From: a virus
DNA length: 64,000 nucleotides
IMG/VR virus record: IMGVR_UViG_3300036792_000284
Coordinates: 32,001-96,000 of that record
Strand: one strand, 5' to 3'
Shown here: one piece after another, positions 30,333 to 40,279 of the stretch
How positions within the stretch are numbered: position 1 is the first letter of the stretch
How the letters are laid out: the number at the start of each line of letters is the position of its first letter
Made by a program: the position numbers and the translations under genes
Notes under the pieces: generated by a model
The model's input: only the letters and a program-made list of their open reading frames with translations
What the model was told of the DNA's origin: nothing
Databases searched by the model: none

Positions 30333-31480
30333 GCGTGCTCCATGATGCTTTTCATCTCGGCGAGGGAGGCCGGGCCGGCCTGCTCCGGAGCGATCGGTGC
30401 CGGAGGTGGGCACAGACGGCGGCCGACCTCGGATATGGCCAGCGACAGGGCCGTCTCGCGGTCGTCCACCCGCACCTTGGTCTGCAGGTCCCACAGCACG
30501 TGCATCGCCGCCGACACCCGCCCCGCCCCGAGACGGCCGATAAGCTCCTGGCGGGCGGCGAGCGCCTGCCCCTGCGCGGCGACGTCTCCCCCGCAGGCCA
30601 GCACCAGCAGGTCCCGCAGGCACCGGACCAGCTCGCGGGTGACGTGCCCGGGGTCGCCGTGGGCCGACAGCGCCTCGTCCACCGCGGCGTACATGGCAGT
30701 GGCGTTGCCGTCGGCGGCGGCGGTCAGCAGCGCGGGTGCGAAGTCGGTCTCCCCGGTCAGCTCGCGCCACATCTCCAGGGAGCCGATGCCGACGCTGGCC
30801 ACCTGGTCGAGCCGCACCACGGCGTCGCGCATCGCCCCGCCGCTCGCCTCGGCGATGGCGGTCAGCAGCGCGGGCTCGGTCGAGAATCCCTCGGCCTGGC
30901 AGATGTGCGCCAGCCGGTCGCGGATGACGGGCACCGTCAACGGGTCGAACCGGAACGGGCTGCAGCGGCTGCGCACCGGCCTCGGCACCTTCTCGAACTG
31001 CGTGGTGACCAGGATGAACACCACGCCCGGCGGCGGCTCCTCAAGGACCTTCAGGATGGACTCGAACGCGGCGTCGGACAGGCCGTGCGCCTCATCGATG
31101 ATGTAGACCTTGTACTTCCCGCCAACCGAGCCGTAGTAGGCCCGCTCGCGGATAGCGCGGATCTCCGCCACCGTGCCGTTGCTGGCCGCGTCCAGCTCCT
31201 CCACGTCCAGGCTGGTGCCGTCGTCCACCGCCCGGCAGCTCGTGCACGCGCAGCACGGCCACTCGGCCGCCTTGCCCGGCGGGGTCTCGCAGTTGAGTGC
31301 CTTGGCCACGATGCGAGCCATGGTCGTCTTGCCCGACCCCCACTTGCCGTAGAACAGCATCCCGCCGGGCACGGTCTGACGCTTGCACATCAGGTACAGC
31401 AGCGCCACCGCCGGCCGCTGCCCGGCGACGTCGCCGAACATGGCCGGGCGGTACTTCTGGGCCAGTGCGCCCTCGCTCAT
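30329..31480 (-). CDS. dnaX: Clamp loader ATPase, DNA Pol III gamma/tau-like
   Basis: LAQKYRP, GKWGSGKTT, C4 zinc motif, ELDAASN, YIIDEAH, RSRC. Confidence 0.92.
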   Translation of the reverse strand: MSEGALAQKYRPAMFGDVAGQRPAVALLYLMCKRQTVPGGMLFYGKWGSGKTTMARIVAKALNCETPPGKAAEWPCCACTSCRAVDDGTSLDVEELDAASNGTVAEIRAIRERAYYGSVGGKYKVYIIDEAHGLSDAAFESILKVLEEPPPGVVFILVTTQFEKVPRPVRSRCSPFRFDPLTVPVIRDRLAHICQAEGFSTEPALLTAIAEASGGAMRDAVVRLDQVASVGIGSLEMWRELTGETDFAPALLTAAADGNATAMYAAVDEALSAHGDPGHVTRELVRCLRDLLVLACGGDVAAQGQALAARQELIGRLGAGRVSAAMHVLWDLQTKVRVDDRETALSLAISEVGRRLCPPPAPIAPEQAGPASLAEMKSIMEHA

Positions 31481-31734
31481 TCAGGCCTCCTCGTGATGGT
31501 GGTGCCGAGAAACACCGGGGCCGCGGCGGCAGGCTCCCGGACTTCGACAGGCAGACCGGCCGCGCAGACCGGACCCGGCTGCACCGCGCGGCGGTGCCCG
31601 AACTCGGCGCCGCAGTCCTCATCGCTACAGGCGAAATAGACGACGTCGCCGTCCTGCTCGGGCTCTGCCACCCCGCCGCACTGCGGGCAGCTGGCGCTCT
31701 TCTCGAAAAACGCGGGCTCAGGCGGCCTGGTCAA
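31477..31734 (-). CDS. Small zinc-finger protein
   Basis: CPQCGG...CSDEDCG. Confidence 0.6.
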   Translation of the reverse strand: MTRPPEPAFFEKSASCPQCGGVAEPEQDGDVVYFACSDEDCGAEFGHRRAVQPGPVCAAGLPVEVREPAAAAPVFLGTTITRRPE

Positions 31735-31849
31735 CGGCCTGCTCTGGCTCCAGCTCGGCGGGCGCGGGGACCCGGGTGAATCCAGGTCCCGCCCAGTTGT
31801 CGGTGTCGTCTGGCGCAGTCCCGAAAGGCTGGCCGTACTGGTGGGTCAT
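31718..31849 (-). CDS. 43-aa small ORF
   Basis: ATGA overlap with the radical SAM stop; MTHQYGQPFGTAPDDTDNW. Confidence 0.4.
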   Translation of the reverse strand: MTHQYGQPFGTAPDDTDNWAGPGFTRVPAPAELEPEQAVDQAA

Positions 31850-34791
31850 TGTGCAGCCTGGGATATCCACAGGTCCCTCCACAGGGTGTGAAGATCGGGT
31901 ACCTGTAATACGCCGACCCCCGCGAGCGCCGCGATTACCTTCCCTTCGGCTTCGTCAGCGCACCGCGGGCAGAACTGCCCGGGCCAGGGGACGTCCAGCA
32001 GGTTGGAGGGCACCGGGAGCCCGCACCCCTCGCAGGCCTGCGCGCCGCCGGAGAAGAACTCGCGCCGCCAGGCGGTGTACCGGGCCGCCTCGATCGCGCT
32101 GGCCTTGCCCGTCAGCGCGGCGTAGGCCTGGTACGGCCCGAGGCTGCCGTGCAGCATCATGCGCAGCACCGTCCGCTGGCCGTCGCGGACCACCCAGAAG
32201 TCGGACACGTGCTCCTTGGCGTCGCCGGGCTTGGCGGTCGCTCCGGTGTAGAAGCTGTCCGCGCGAATCAGGACCGGCACCTGCTCCGCCGCGTCCCACC
32301 ACCGCAGCCGCCGGGCGAGCACCGCGGCGTCGTCGGCCACCTCCAGGTCCCACAGGCTCTGCGGGCGGGCCGGCAGCTTCGCCGCGGCCGGGAGCACCTG
32401 GTAGTTTCCGCCCCAGCGCAGCCACGGGTGCAGGTGGACGGCAGCTTTAATCAGGAACTCGCCGATGTCGCACTGGTCCGCCACGCGGGTCAGCCCGAAC
32501 TCCACGTAGTCCGTCCCGGCGCTGCGCTCGCGGTACCCGGTGCCGCCGGAGGCCAGCCGCACCGACTGACTGGCGATGGCCGGGAACGGCTCCGCCTCCT
32601 GCCGCCGCGCGCGCTCGGCCATGGCCGGGGCTGCCCGGAAGGCGGCACGCCGGAAGGTGAACTCCAGCGACTCGTTGGTGACGAACCGGAACTTCTCCGG
32701 CCGCTCCACCCGCATCCGGACCACCTGCGCGACCGTGGAGTGGTCGAGCGGCTGCACCGGCTCGGCCGCCAGGTCGCGGTCCACGGCTTGGACGTAGGCT
32801 CGGCGCAGCTCCAGGTCCTTGCGGTCGCATGCCCCGCAGGCGGTGCCGCTGCACTGCTGGTCGCACCGCGGCACCCATTCGTTGCCGTGATACCCGCCGG
32901 TTATATCACTGTCATATGTCTCGGCGTCGGTGCCTTCCAGCAGCTCCACCATGTCGCGGTAAACCCGCCACATGAGGGACTTCTTCACGCCGGTGTCGAT
33001 CATCTCCCAACCGAGCAGGTCCTCGTAGAACCGCTCGCCGAAGATGTCGTCCAGCCCGTTGCGGAACCCGTGGCTGACCATGGCGGCGTCCAGCCGCTCG
33101 CGCATGTCCTTCGGGAACCCGCCCCACGACGCGGTGCCGTAGCCCTCGATAACGTCCACGATGGCCTCGCCCGCGTCCCGGCTGGCCCGCTGGCACGCCT
33201 GGAAGAACGCCATCTTGGACGGCGACGCCTTGCTCCCGATCTTCACCCAGACCCGATGATGGACCATCAGCTCCTTGAACGCCTCGGCCAGCATGTAGTC
33301 GGGCGGGGTGACGGCGAACCACTGCATCGGCGTCTGGGACTCGATCAGCAGCGGGGTCCAGGAGAAGATGATCTGCACGCCCTTGGCGGCCTCGCCGAAC
33401 GAGTCGCGGATGTCGGCCAGCCGCTTGCCCAGGTCCACGACCCGCATCACGTCGGCGCGCTCCTCGCCCGGCCAGTTGCTGATGAAATACAGCTTGATCT
33501 TGCGGATGCCGGCCCGGATCGCCTGCGTGACCGCCTTGGCCACGTCGTCGTCAGAAGTGCCCTTGCCGGCCAGGTCGCGCATCAGCTGCGACCCGCCCTC
33601 TAGGCCGAAGGTGACGGACCTGGTGCCGGATACCTGCAGCAGCAGGGAGAAGTCGCCGTCGCTGGTGTAGTCGTCGATCCGCATGGACGACGCGTCCACC
33701 TTGTCGGTGACCTGTTCCAGCAGCGCCGCAATCAGTGCCTTCTTCCGGGTGTGCATCGGCGGGTCGGGGGCGACCAGGCTGATATCGACCGAACCCATGT
33801 TCCGGCGCCACTCCCGGGCGCGCGCCAGTGTGCGCTCTTCGCCCTCCTGGACATAGGGCTTGTTCACCCAGGAGATTTTGCAGAATGAGCACCAGGCCGG
33901 GCAGCCGCGGCCGATCTCGACATCCCCTGAGCCCATGCCCGGGTCGGAGAACAGCACCGGCGCCGACGTCATCAGGTTCGCCTGGCTGAGGTCGCGGACG
34001 CGCCGGGACCGGAAGCTCGTGCCGAGGCCGGGCAGCAGCGAACGGTAGCCCGCCACCATCTTGGTCGGCTCAGGCAGCCCGCGGTCCTCGTAGCGGTAGT
34101 CCACCGCGGTGAACCGCGGGAAGTACAGGTAATTAAACTCGCGGGCCAGTTTGGTATAACAAGACTCCCGCGCAGCGGTCCATGTTCCGTCCTGCTTAAA
34201 CTGGGCGATCCGCTCGCACACCGCGGCAATGCCGGGGTTGCCCGGTTCGTCTTCGGCCTCGCCCAGCCACACGCAGTCGACCACCGGAGCCATAAACTCC
34301 GGGGCGCACCAGGCCTGACCGCCGACCACGACCATCGGGTAATCCTCGGCGTGTCGCGTCCGGTCCTCCCAGCGCAGCGGGACGCCGCTCATGGTCAGGA
34401 ACTTGCAGAAGTTCATGAACAGCACCGTGTAGCTGATGCTGGTGCCCACCACGTCGAAGTCGGCCATCTGGTGCCGCGACTCGATGCCGAACACCGGCAC
34501 CTGGGCCTTTTCCAGCAGATCCATGTCCCGCTGGGTGGCGGGCAGGTACCAGCGGTCGGCCAGGCAGTACGTCTCCGCCTTGTGGATCGCGTCGTACAGC
34601 GCCGGGACGGCCATGTTGCCGGCCGCCTGGCTGTAATCCCAGGACGCGGCCAGCAGCCAGCGCACCCGCGCCTCGTCCCACGGGCGGCGGGCGGCGTTCG
34701 GCTCGGTGCCCAGCATCTGGGCCGGCCCGTCGAGCCGGTAGCTGTTCTCGTCCAGCCACCGGGCGATCGACTCAGGGCTCCGGCCGGGCAT
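31846..34791 (-). CDS. Radical SAM protein (TIGR03960-like) fused to a TIGR03936/DUF2344-like domain
   Basis: EIGRGCPAWCSFC (CxxxCxxC), DFDVVGTSISY, GEAED; C-terminal EKFRFVTNESLEFTFRRAAFRA...DYVEFGL. Confidence 0.85.
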   Translation of the reverse strand: MPGRSPESIARWLDENSYRLDGPAQMLGTEPNAARRPWDEARVRWLLAASWDYSQAAGNMAVPALYDAIHKAETYCLADRWYLPATQRDMDLLEKAQVPVFGIESRHQMADFDVVGTSISYTVLFMNFCKFLTMSGVPLRWEDRTRHAEDYPMVVVGGQAWCAPEFMAPVVDCVWLGEAEDEPGNPGIAAVCERIAQFKQDGTWTAARESCYTKLAREFNYLYFPRFTAVDYRYEDRGLPEPTKMVAGYRSLLPGLGTSFRSRRVRDLSQANLMTSAPVLFSDPGMGSGDVEIGRGCPAWCSFCKISWVNKPYVQEGEERTLARAREWRRNMGSVDISLVAPDPPMHTRKKALIAALLEQVTDKVDASSMRIDDYTSDGDFSLLLQVSGTRSVTFGLEGGSQLMRDLAGKGTSDDDVAKAVTQAIRAGIRKIKLYFISNWPGEERADVMRVVDLGKRLADIRDSFGEAAKGVQIIFSWTPLLIESQTPMQWFAVTPPDYMLAEAFKELMVHHRVWVKIGSKASPSKMAFFQACQRASRDAGEAIVDVIEGYGTASWGGFPKDMRERLDAAMVSHGFRNGLDDIFGERFYEDLLGWEMIDTGVKKSLMWRVYRDMVELLEGTDAETYDSDITGGYHGNEWVPRCDQQCSGTACGACDRKDLELRRAYVQAVDRDLAAEPVQPLDHSTVAQVVRMRVERPEKFRFVTNESLEFTFRRAAFRAAPAMAERARRQEAEPFPAIASQSVRLASGGTGYRERSAGTDYVEFGLTRVADQCDIGEFLIKAAVHLHPWLRWGGNYQVLPAAAKLPARPQSLWDLEVADDAAVLARRLRWWDAAEQVPVLIRADSFYTGATAKPGDAKEHVSDFWVVRDGQRTVLRMMLHGSLGPYQAYAALTGKASAIEAARYTAWRREFFSGGAQACEGCGLPVPSNLLDVPWPGQFCPRCADEAEGKVIAALAGVGVLQVPDLHTLWRDLWISQAAQ

Positions 34792-35261
34792 CAGCCAGTC
34801 CCGCCGGATTTCCGGAAAAGAGCTGCTACGACGGCAGGGTAGCTGTCGCCGGTCGCCTGGACCCAGGTTCGCATCTGGCAGTTCAGCGTGATGACCCAGC
34901 GCGGCACCTTGGCGACCGGCCCCCCGTCGGCGCGAACGGGAATCCTGTCGAACCCGTCCATGCGACGGCTCAGGCTAGCCCCCGGGATATCCGCGCTCCC
35001 GAACACCGTCAGCCCCGCCGGGCCGCGAAAACCGATGGTGACCCACTCCGGGGAGTCGATCCCGGCGGTGAACCGGGCCTCGTTGTGAGCACGCTGGTAA
35101 TCCGTGTCCCCGTAATACCACAGCGGGCACCCGCTGCCACTCTCGTTGAAGACGACCCCGAGGCCTTCCTCAAAGGTGAATGACCACGACGTGCGCTTCG
35201 GAGCCCCGGCGTGGTCGATGCGGTCCGCGACCCGGCGCAGCAGTGCGGCGACCCGTCTCAT
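34791..35261 (-). CDS. Hypothetical protein
   Basis: Coupled starts and stops. Confidence 0.6.
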   Translation of the reverse strand: MRRVAALLRRVADRIDHAGAPKRTSWSFTFEEGLGVVFNESGSGCPLWYYGDTDYQRAHNEARFTAGIDSPEWVTIGFRGPAGLTVFGSADIPGASLSRRMDGFDRIPVRADGGPVAKVPRWVITLNCQMRTWVQATGDSYPAVVAALFRKSGGTG

Positions 35262-35929
35262 TCAGCTTCTCCCTCGAACGCCTGCGTTACCCCGCCCGGG
35301 CCGAGCGCGAAGCGGACCTGCATGTCGGCGTACTCGGCATAAACCGGATCGTGGGTAATCATAACGACCTGCATGTCGGCCCGGTCGGCGATCTCGCGCA
35401 GGAACCGGGCCAGCGGCTGGCGGTAGACCGCCGACACGTGCGCGAACGACTCGTCCAGGAAGATGATCTTCCGCGCGGTCGGCGTGAGCAGGATCATGAC
35501 CAGCCGGAGGATGGCGCCGACCACCACGACCATGCCGCCGCCGCGGGCGTCCATCACCGGCGTCTCGGTCACCGTGCCGTTGTAGTCGGACCGGATGACC
35601 GGCTCCAGCGTCGCCTGCCCGCCACTCTCGCCGGGTACCAGGCGGAAGGACAGGCTCTCGCCGAAGATGGACTGCAGGGCCTGCGTCGCCAGCTCCTCGA
35701 ACTGGGCCCGCGCGCTCTCCTGCGCCTCCTCGCCGATCGAGGTCAGCAGCGCGGCCACCTTGGCGTGAAGGTCTACCTGCGCCGCGAGGCGCTCGATCTC
35801 GGCCTCGGCGGCCTGACCTGCGGTGGCTACCTGCTGTGCGCGCCCGGCCTGGCGGTCCAGGTCCCGGCGGCGCTGGCGGACCTCGGCGGCGAGCGCGGCG
35901 ACGTCAGTCAAGGACGGACCCACTGCCAC
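35258..35929 (-). CDS. Rad50/SbcC C-terminal half
   Basis: GGG signature region, Walker B IIFLDESFAHV, H-loop MITHD. Confidence 0.85.
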   Translation of the reverse strand: MAVGPSLTDVAALAAEVRQRRRDLDRQAGRAQQVATAGQAAEAEIERLAAQVDLHAKVAALLTSIGEEAQESARAQFEELATQALQSIFGESLSFRLVPGESGGQATLEPVIRSDYNGTVTETPVMDARGGGMVVVVGAILRLVMILLTPTARKIIFLDESFAHVSAVYRQPLARFLREIADRADMQVVMITHDPVYAEYADMQVRFALGPGGVTQAFEGEAE

Positions 35930-36060
35930 TCGGCCAGGTCCCCGGAGCGGCGGGACAGCCAGTCAGCGAAGTCTGACGGCGTGTCGAACGTGACCTTCCG
36001 CTCCCCGTCGGTGACGGCAGCTCTCTCGCCGGTCCGGAACGCCTCGTTGGTGATACTCAT
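35908..36060 (-). CDS. 50-aa small ORF
   Basis: MSITNEAFRTGERAAVTDGERKVTFDTPSDFADWL; start overlaps the upstream stop. Confidence 0.5.
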   Translation of the reverse strand: MSITNEAFRTGERAAVTDGERKVTFDTPSDFADWLSRRSGDLAEWQWVRP

Positions 36061-36506
36061 CAGGAAACCGCCGGCTCCTTGAGCAGGTGCATCTCCGTGG
36101 CGCGGTCACGTGCCAGCTCCTCGGCGAACAAGACCGGCTTCCCGTGCAGCACCGCGTAGACGATCTCTCCGGCCGTGGAGTCGCCGAAATAGCCGTCAGC
36201 GCTAGACACGACGTACACGTAGTCGGCGAGGTCAATCTTGCGCTTGTGCAGCTCGTCGAGCGTGATCTTCTCCTGCGAGTCGTGGCCCACGCCCTCCCCG
36301 TGACCGTGCTCGGCCTTGGCGTGAGGGTAGAACCCGACAGACAGGACGATCTGGCCCTGCATGGTCAGCTCGTAGTTCGCCCGCTGGAATTCGTCGTAGA
36401 AGCGCGTGGAGCCGCACAGGCACACTATGCGCGGGCGCTCGCCGCCGAAGTCGCGGACTAGGGCGTGGTGCTCTTCGCAGTCACCTGAGTAGTGCGGGTA
36501 GCTCAT
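36060..36506 (-). CDS. Nucleoside deoxyribosyltransferase / DUF4406-like protein
   Basis: IVCLCGSTRF, KIDLADYVYV, GDSTAGEI, GKPVLF. Confidence 0.7.
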   Translation of the reverse strand: MSYPHYSGDCEEHHALVRDFGGERPRIVCLCGSTRFYDEFQRANYELTMQGQIVLSVGFYPHAKAEHGHGEGVGHDSQEKITLDELHKRKIDLADYVYVVSSADGYFGDSTAGEIVYAVLHGKPVLFAEELARDRATEMHLLKEPAVS

Positions 36507-37685
36507 TTACTTTCCTTCCTTGTAACCGACCAGGCGTGACACCATCTGCGTGCAGATGCCCGTCACCCCGGCCGCCTTGTCTTCCAGCAGCAGGTGCGGC
36601 AGCGCCTTGCCGCGAGGCTTCCCGAGCCTGAACTCGCAGAACGGGCCCGGGTGGGCCGACAGCATGGCGCCCAGGAACGCAGCGTTGACCACCAGCCCGT
36701 GGTGGCCGCCGTCCCACGTCGCGGCGATGACCTCCTCGGCCCCGTTGTTGGCGGCGTCGCGGGACATGACGGTCAGCACCGGCTTCGCCCCGGTGCTGTC
36801 GGCGATGAGCGCCACGGCGGACGTGCTCGCGTCGGAGTTGATCCGCACCCGGCGCAGCGCCCCGGCCAGCTCCGCCTTGTCGACGCCCAGCAGCATGTCG
36901 TTGCCTGCTGCGAGCCGCAGGAACGTGCTGTCGACGTCCGGGAACGCGTGGTTCATCTTGAGCATGGCCAGCGTGACCACGCCGACCCGGAACACCACGT
37001 ACGACCCGGAGTCGGCCACCGCCACGTCGTCCACCGGGTTTTTCAGCAGCTTCAGCAGGTCGTCGAGCACGCCGCCGGGGATGCACAGCGGCACCGGAAA
37101 CCCGGGAACCGGGCACTGGGCGAACTGGCTGCTGTCGGCCGCGCGGGCATACATGACGCCGCCCGCCTCGGCGATGCTCACCTGCCGGGACGACGGGCGC
37201 CCGTCGTCCTTGCCGACCGCGTGCTTGACCGTGTTCAGCGCCGCGAGCAGCTTCTCACGGCTGACAGGGGCGAACTGCGCGCCGGACAGGTCGGGCAGTT
37301 CGGTGTACCCGTTCGGGCTGAACAACTTCAGCGACCAGGTAGCCGACCCCGCGGTCACCAGGGCAGTCATGCCTTTCACCGACACGGTAACGTCGCCGTC
37401 CGGCGCCTCGCCCAGCATCGCCTCCAGCTTCCTGGCCGGCAGGAGGACCTCGCCCTCGCTCTGGGCGGTCACCGCCGGGGTCTCGGCGAAGACAGCCTGC
37501 CGCTGGTCGCTGGCGGCCAGCATCAGCCGGCCGGGGCCCACGGTGACCTTGAAGCACCCGTTCGCCGGCAGCGTCGGCGACGACGGGACGGCGGGCAGCG
37601 CCCACTTGGCCAACTGGGCCAGGTGCCCCGTGCGGACCGTGAACTCAAAGGCGCCGTAGTCGGTGCCGCCCTGCACTTCGCTCAC
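36507..37685 (-). CDS. dnaN: Sliding clamp, DNA Pol III beta-like
   Basis: 392 aa with three-domain pattern; VLLPARKL, FPD, LVVNAAFL. Confidence 0.85.
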   Translation of the reverse strand: MSEVQGGTDYGAFEFTVRTGHLAQLAKWALPAVPSSPTLPANGCFKVTVGPGRLMLAASDQRQAVFAETPAVTAQSEGEVLLPARKLEAMLGEAPDGDVTVSVKGMTALVTAGSATWSLKLFSPNGYTELPDLSGAQFAPVSREKLLAALNTVKHAVGKDDGRPSSRQVSIAEAGGVMYARAADSSQFAQCPVPGFPVPLCIPGGVLDDLLKLLKNPVDDVAVADSGSYVVFRVGVVTLAMLKMNHAFPDVDSTFLRLAAGNDMLLGVDKAELAGALRRVRINSDASTSAVALIADSTGAKPVLTVMSRDAANNGAEEVIAATWDGGHHGLVVNAAFLGAMLSAHPGPFCEFRLGKPRGKALPHLLLEDKAAGVTGICTQMVSRLVGYKEGK

Positions 37686-37933
37686 TGCGTGCCTCCTGCT
37701 ATTGCGAGCAGCCGCCGAACCTCGGCCGCCTCGGCTTCCATTTGCTGCCTCAGGTCCGCGAGCATCGTGCGCGCGGCCTGCACGGTGGTTACGCCGAACT
37801 CGGCCTGCAGGTCACCGCGGGCCGCCTCGGCCCTTGCCTGTGCCTGCACCAGCCCGGCCTCCGCGAGCGCGTGCCGCTGCGCCGCGGCGGTTACCTCGCC
37901 GCGCAGCTTCGCTACCGTCTCCTCGATGCCCAT
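37682..37933 (-). CDS. Short coiled-coil protein (possible middle piece of the split Rad50)
   Basis: ATG 37933; continuous heptads broken by EFGVTTV. Confidence 0.6.
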   Translation of the reverse strand: MGIEETVAKLRGEVTAAAQRHALAEAGLVQAQARAEAARGDLQAEFGVTTVQAARTMLADLRQQMEAEAAEVRRLLAIAGGTQ

Positions 37934-37941
37934 GACCGCTA

Positions 37942-38775
37942 CTACGCCGAGATCGCGGCGAGGGAGACCCGGCCGGGCCTGCGCTTGAACTTGGGGCAGA
38001 CGCGCTGGACGTCGCACCAGGAGCAGCCCGCGTCATCCGCTTTTGGGGCGAGGCGGCCCGCCCAGATGTCGTGCGCCGTCTTGGTGATGCGGCTGGCCAT
38101 CTGCCGCACCGCGGCGGCGTCCACCGTCACCGGGAGCACCGGCTGGGTGCACATCGGCTGGATGAGCCCGGTGATGACCGGGAGCTGCCCGTGCTCGGCC
38201 CGCACCGCCAGGGCGTAGAACGCCAGCTGGCCGAGCACCTTCTTGTAGTACTGGTCATCGCGGGTGGCCTTCAGGTCCCACACCGCGTACCGGCCCTCCC
38301 CGTCGCGCACCTTCAGGTCCATCTCGCCGATGAGGGCAATCTCGCGCATCGACCCGTCGAAGTAGGGGACCGAGACGGGCACCTCGAACCGCACCGCGGG
38401 GTGGTAGTCAAACGGCAGCGCGTACTTGACCAGGATGGGCTCCAGGCGCACCACCAGGTCACGGCAGAACTGCAGGGTCTCCGCCTTGTCGTTGAGGCCC
38501 TTCCACCGGACGATGCCGTCCCCGGTGTCTTTGGCGATCTGCTCCGCCTCCTCGAACAGCAGATCAACCTGAGTGGCCATCCACCCCGGCTCGGGGTTGT
38601 CCTGGTCCAGCCAGCGCCGCATGAGCAGGTCGACCACGTTGCCATGGAAGAAGTTGCGGATGTCCTGGTAAGGCGACCTGGCCTTACGCATCAGCGGATA
38701 CTTGGCCGGGCACTCGTCGTGCGACCGCAGGTGCGACCAGGACAGACGCAACGGCGCGGCGCCAGAATCACTCAC
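37942..38775 (-). CDS. PD-(D/E)XK / RecB-Cas4-like exonuclease
   Basis: LSWS...CP, GEMD, WDLK, QLAFY, CSWC...CP. Confidence 0.85.
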   Translation of the reverse strand: MSDSGAAPLRLSWSHLRSHDECPAKYPLMRKARSPYQDIRNFFHGNVVDLLMRRWLDQDNPEPGWMATQVDLLFEEAEQIAKDTGDGIVRWKGLNDKAETLQFCRDLVVRLEPILVKYALPFDYHPAVRFEVPVSVPYFDGSMREIALIGEMDLKVRDGEGRYAVWDLKATRDDQYYKKVLGQLAFYALAVRAEHGQLPVITGLIQPMCTQPVLPVTVDAAAVRQMASRITKTAHDIWAGRLAPKADDAGCSWCDVQRVCPKFKRRPGRVSLAAISA

Positions 38776-39284
38776 AGGCCGCCGCCCCGGTTGTCGAACG
38801 GCGCCTGCTGGAACTTGTGCGCGTCCTCCGGGTAGAACGGGTTGACCCCGAGCGCGGGCACGCCGGTGCGCTCGTAGATTTCCGTGGCGACAGCCGGGTG
38901 GTCCTCGTAGAACAGCACCGGCTCGATGCCGACCGACCTCAGGAACTCAATGTAGCTGACCTTGATGTCCGCGTTCGTGGCGAGCGGGTCAGTCCGCAGC
39001 ACCAGCGCGTCGAACGGAATCCGGTGCCGGTCCAGCCAGGCCCGCGTGACCTGCTCAGCCGACACCTCGCTGCCCGAGCAGATGTTCACCTGATGGTGCG
39101 GGTAGTGCAGCCGGGCCGCCGCCACGGCGCCGGGGATGGGCGTGTCGCCCATCCGGGCCGCGCAGTACTTGGCCCAGCTAGACGACGGGTCGGCTTTCGG
39201 CGACAGGTGCCAGCGGTGCCTCGTGTCCGCCAGGGTGGAATCCAGGTCGAACAGTACGGCGGTCTTGTGGTTCTCGCGGCTCAA
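38772..39284 (-). CDS. HAD phosphatase resembling the polynucleotide kinase 3'-phosphatase domain
   Basis: TTG 39284 coupled to the upstream stop; LFDLDSTL, CSG, FYED. Confidence 0.75.
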   Translation of the reverse strand: MSRENHKTAVLFDLDSTLADTRHRWHLSPKADPSSSWAKYCAARMGDTPIPGAVAAARLHYPHHQVNICSGSEVSAEQVTRAWLDRHRIPFDALVLRTDPLATNADIKVSYIEFLRSVGIEPVLFYEDHPAVATEIYERTGVPALGVNPFYPEDAHKFQQAPFDNRGGGL

Positions 39285-40264
39285 CTCGCGCTCCCTTGCT
39301 GCATTAGCAGTTTCTCGGCCAGGTCGGCCACGCCAGGGTCCAGCCTGCGCGCGTGAATGTGCTCGACCACGGCCTCCACGTTCAGTACCGCCAGCGTCGC
39401 GGCGCCGATCCCGGCCACGAAGCCGTCCAGGCTCTGCCGCGCGGCGGCCTTCTCCTCGTGCTCGCGGAGCCGGAACACCTCGGCGGCCGGCTTCGCCTTC
39501 AGCGGCACGAACTCGAACGCGCGCTCCGGCGGGGCGTCGGTGTCCCAGATGGCGACCCCGACCTGACGGTTGAGGTTGTGCTCGTCCAGGCTGCCGCGGC
39601 TGAGCGCGCCGAAGTTGCAGAACGTCACCCCGCCGTGCCGCCAGACGCCGTGCGGCTCGTGGATGTGGCCGTACAGCAGGTAGCCGGTGCCGCCCATCGC
39701 GTCGGCCCACCAGGACGCCGGAGTGAACTCGGCGCCCTCGTAGCCCGGCTCTTTGCCGGGCGGGTAGATGGGCGCGTGGGTGACCAGCAGCGAGCAGCCG
39801 TAGGTCTCCATCCGCCAGTCTTCGCACACAGCGCGGACACGCTCGGCGGTCCACTCCTGCTGCCAGGGGACCCCGTACAGGTCCAGCCGGCTGTCCTCGT
39901 CCGGGCCGCCCCAGCCTTCCAGGCGCTGCGCGCCGGCCAGGTACAGCACCCCCAGCGGCTGGGTGGCCTCGATCGAATCGAGCCGGTCGTGCTGGATGTC
40001 GTGGTTGCCGGGCACGATGAACAGCGGGCACGGGTAGGCCTGGATGACCCGGATCAGGTCCTGCACCACACCGTGGTCGGTGCGCCCCGGCGCCTTATGG
40101 TGCAAGACGTCTCCGGCCCAGACAACGGCGGTGACCTCGCGCGCGCGGGCCACCTCCACCGTCTGCCAGAGCAGGTCCCGCAGGTCGGGCCAGTAGCTGG
40201 CGGTGCAGCTAGACGGCGGGCGGCTGGAAGCGTGAATGTCGTTAACGGCGAGGATTAGTCCCAC
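39281..40264 (-). CDS. Mre11/SbcD metallophosphoesterase
   Basis: NDIH, GD, GNHD, THA, GHIH. Confidence 0.9.
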   Translation of the reverse strand: MGLILAVNDIHASSRPPSSCTASYWPDLRDLLWQTVEVARAREVTAVVWAGDVLHHKAPGRTDHGVVQDLIRVIQAYPCPLFIVPGNHDIQHDRLDSIEATQPLGVLYLAGAQRLEGWGGPDEDSRLDLYGVPWQQEWTAERVRAVCEDWRMETYGCSLLVTHAPIYPPGKEPGYEGAEFTPASWWADAMGGTGYLLYGHIHEPHGVWRHGGVTFCNFGALSRGSLDEHNLNRQVGVAIWDTDAPPERAFEFVPLKAKPAAEVFRLREHEEKAAARQSLDGFVAGIGAATLAVLNVEAVVEHIHARRLDPGVADLAEKLLMQQGSAS

Positions 40265-40279
40265 GCCAGTTACTACGAC

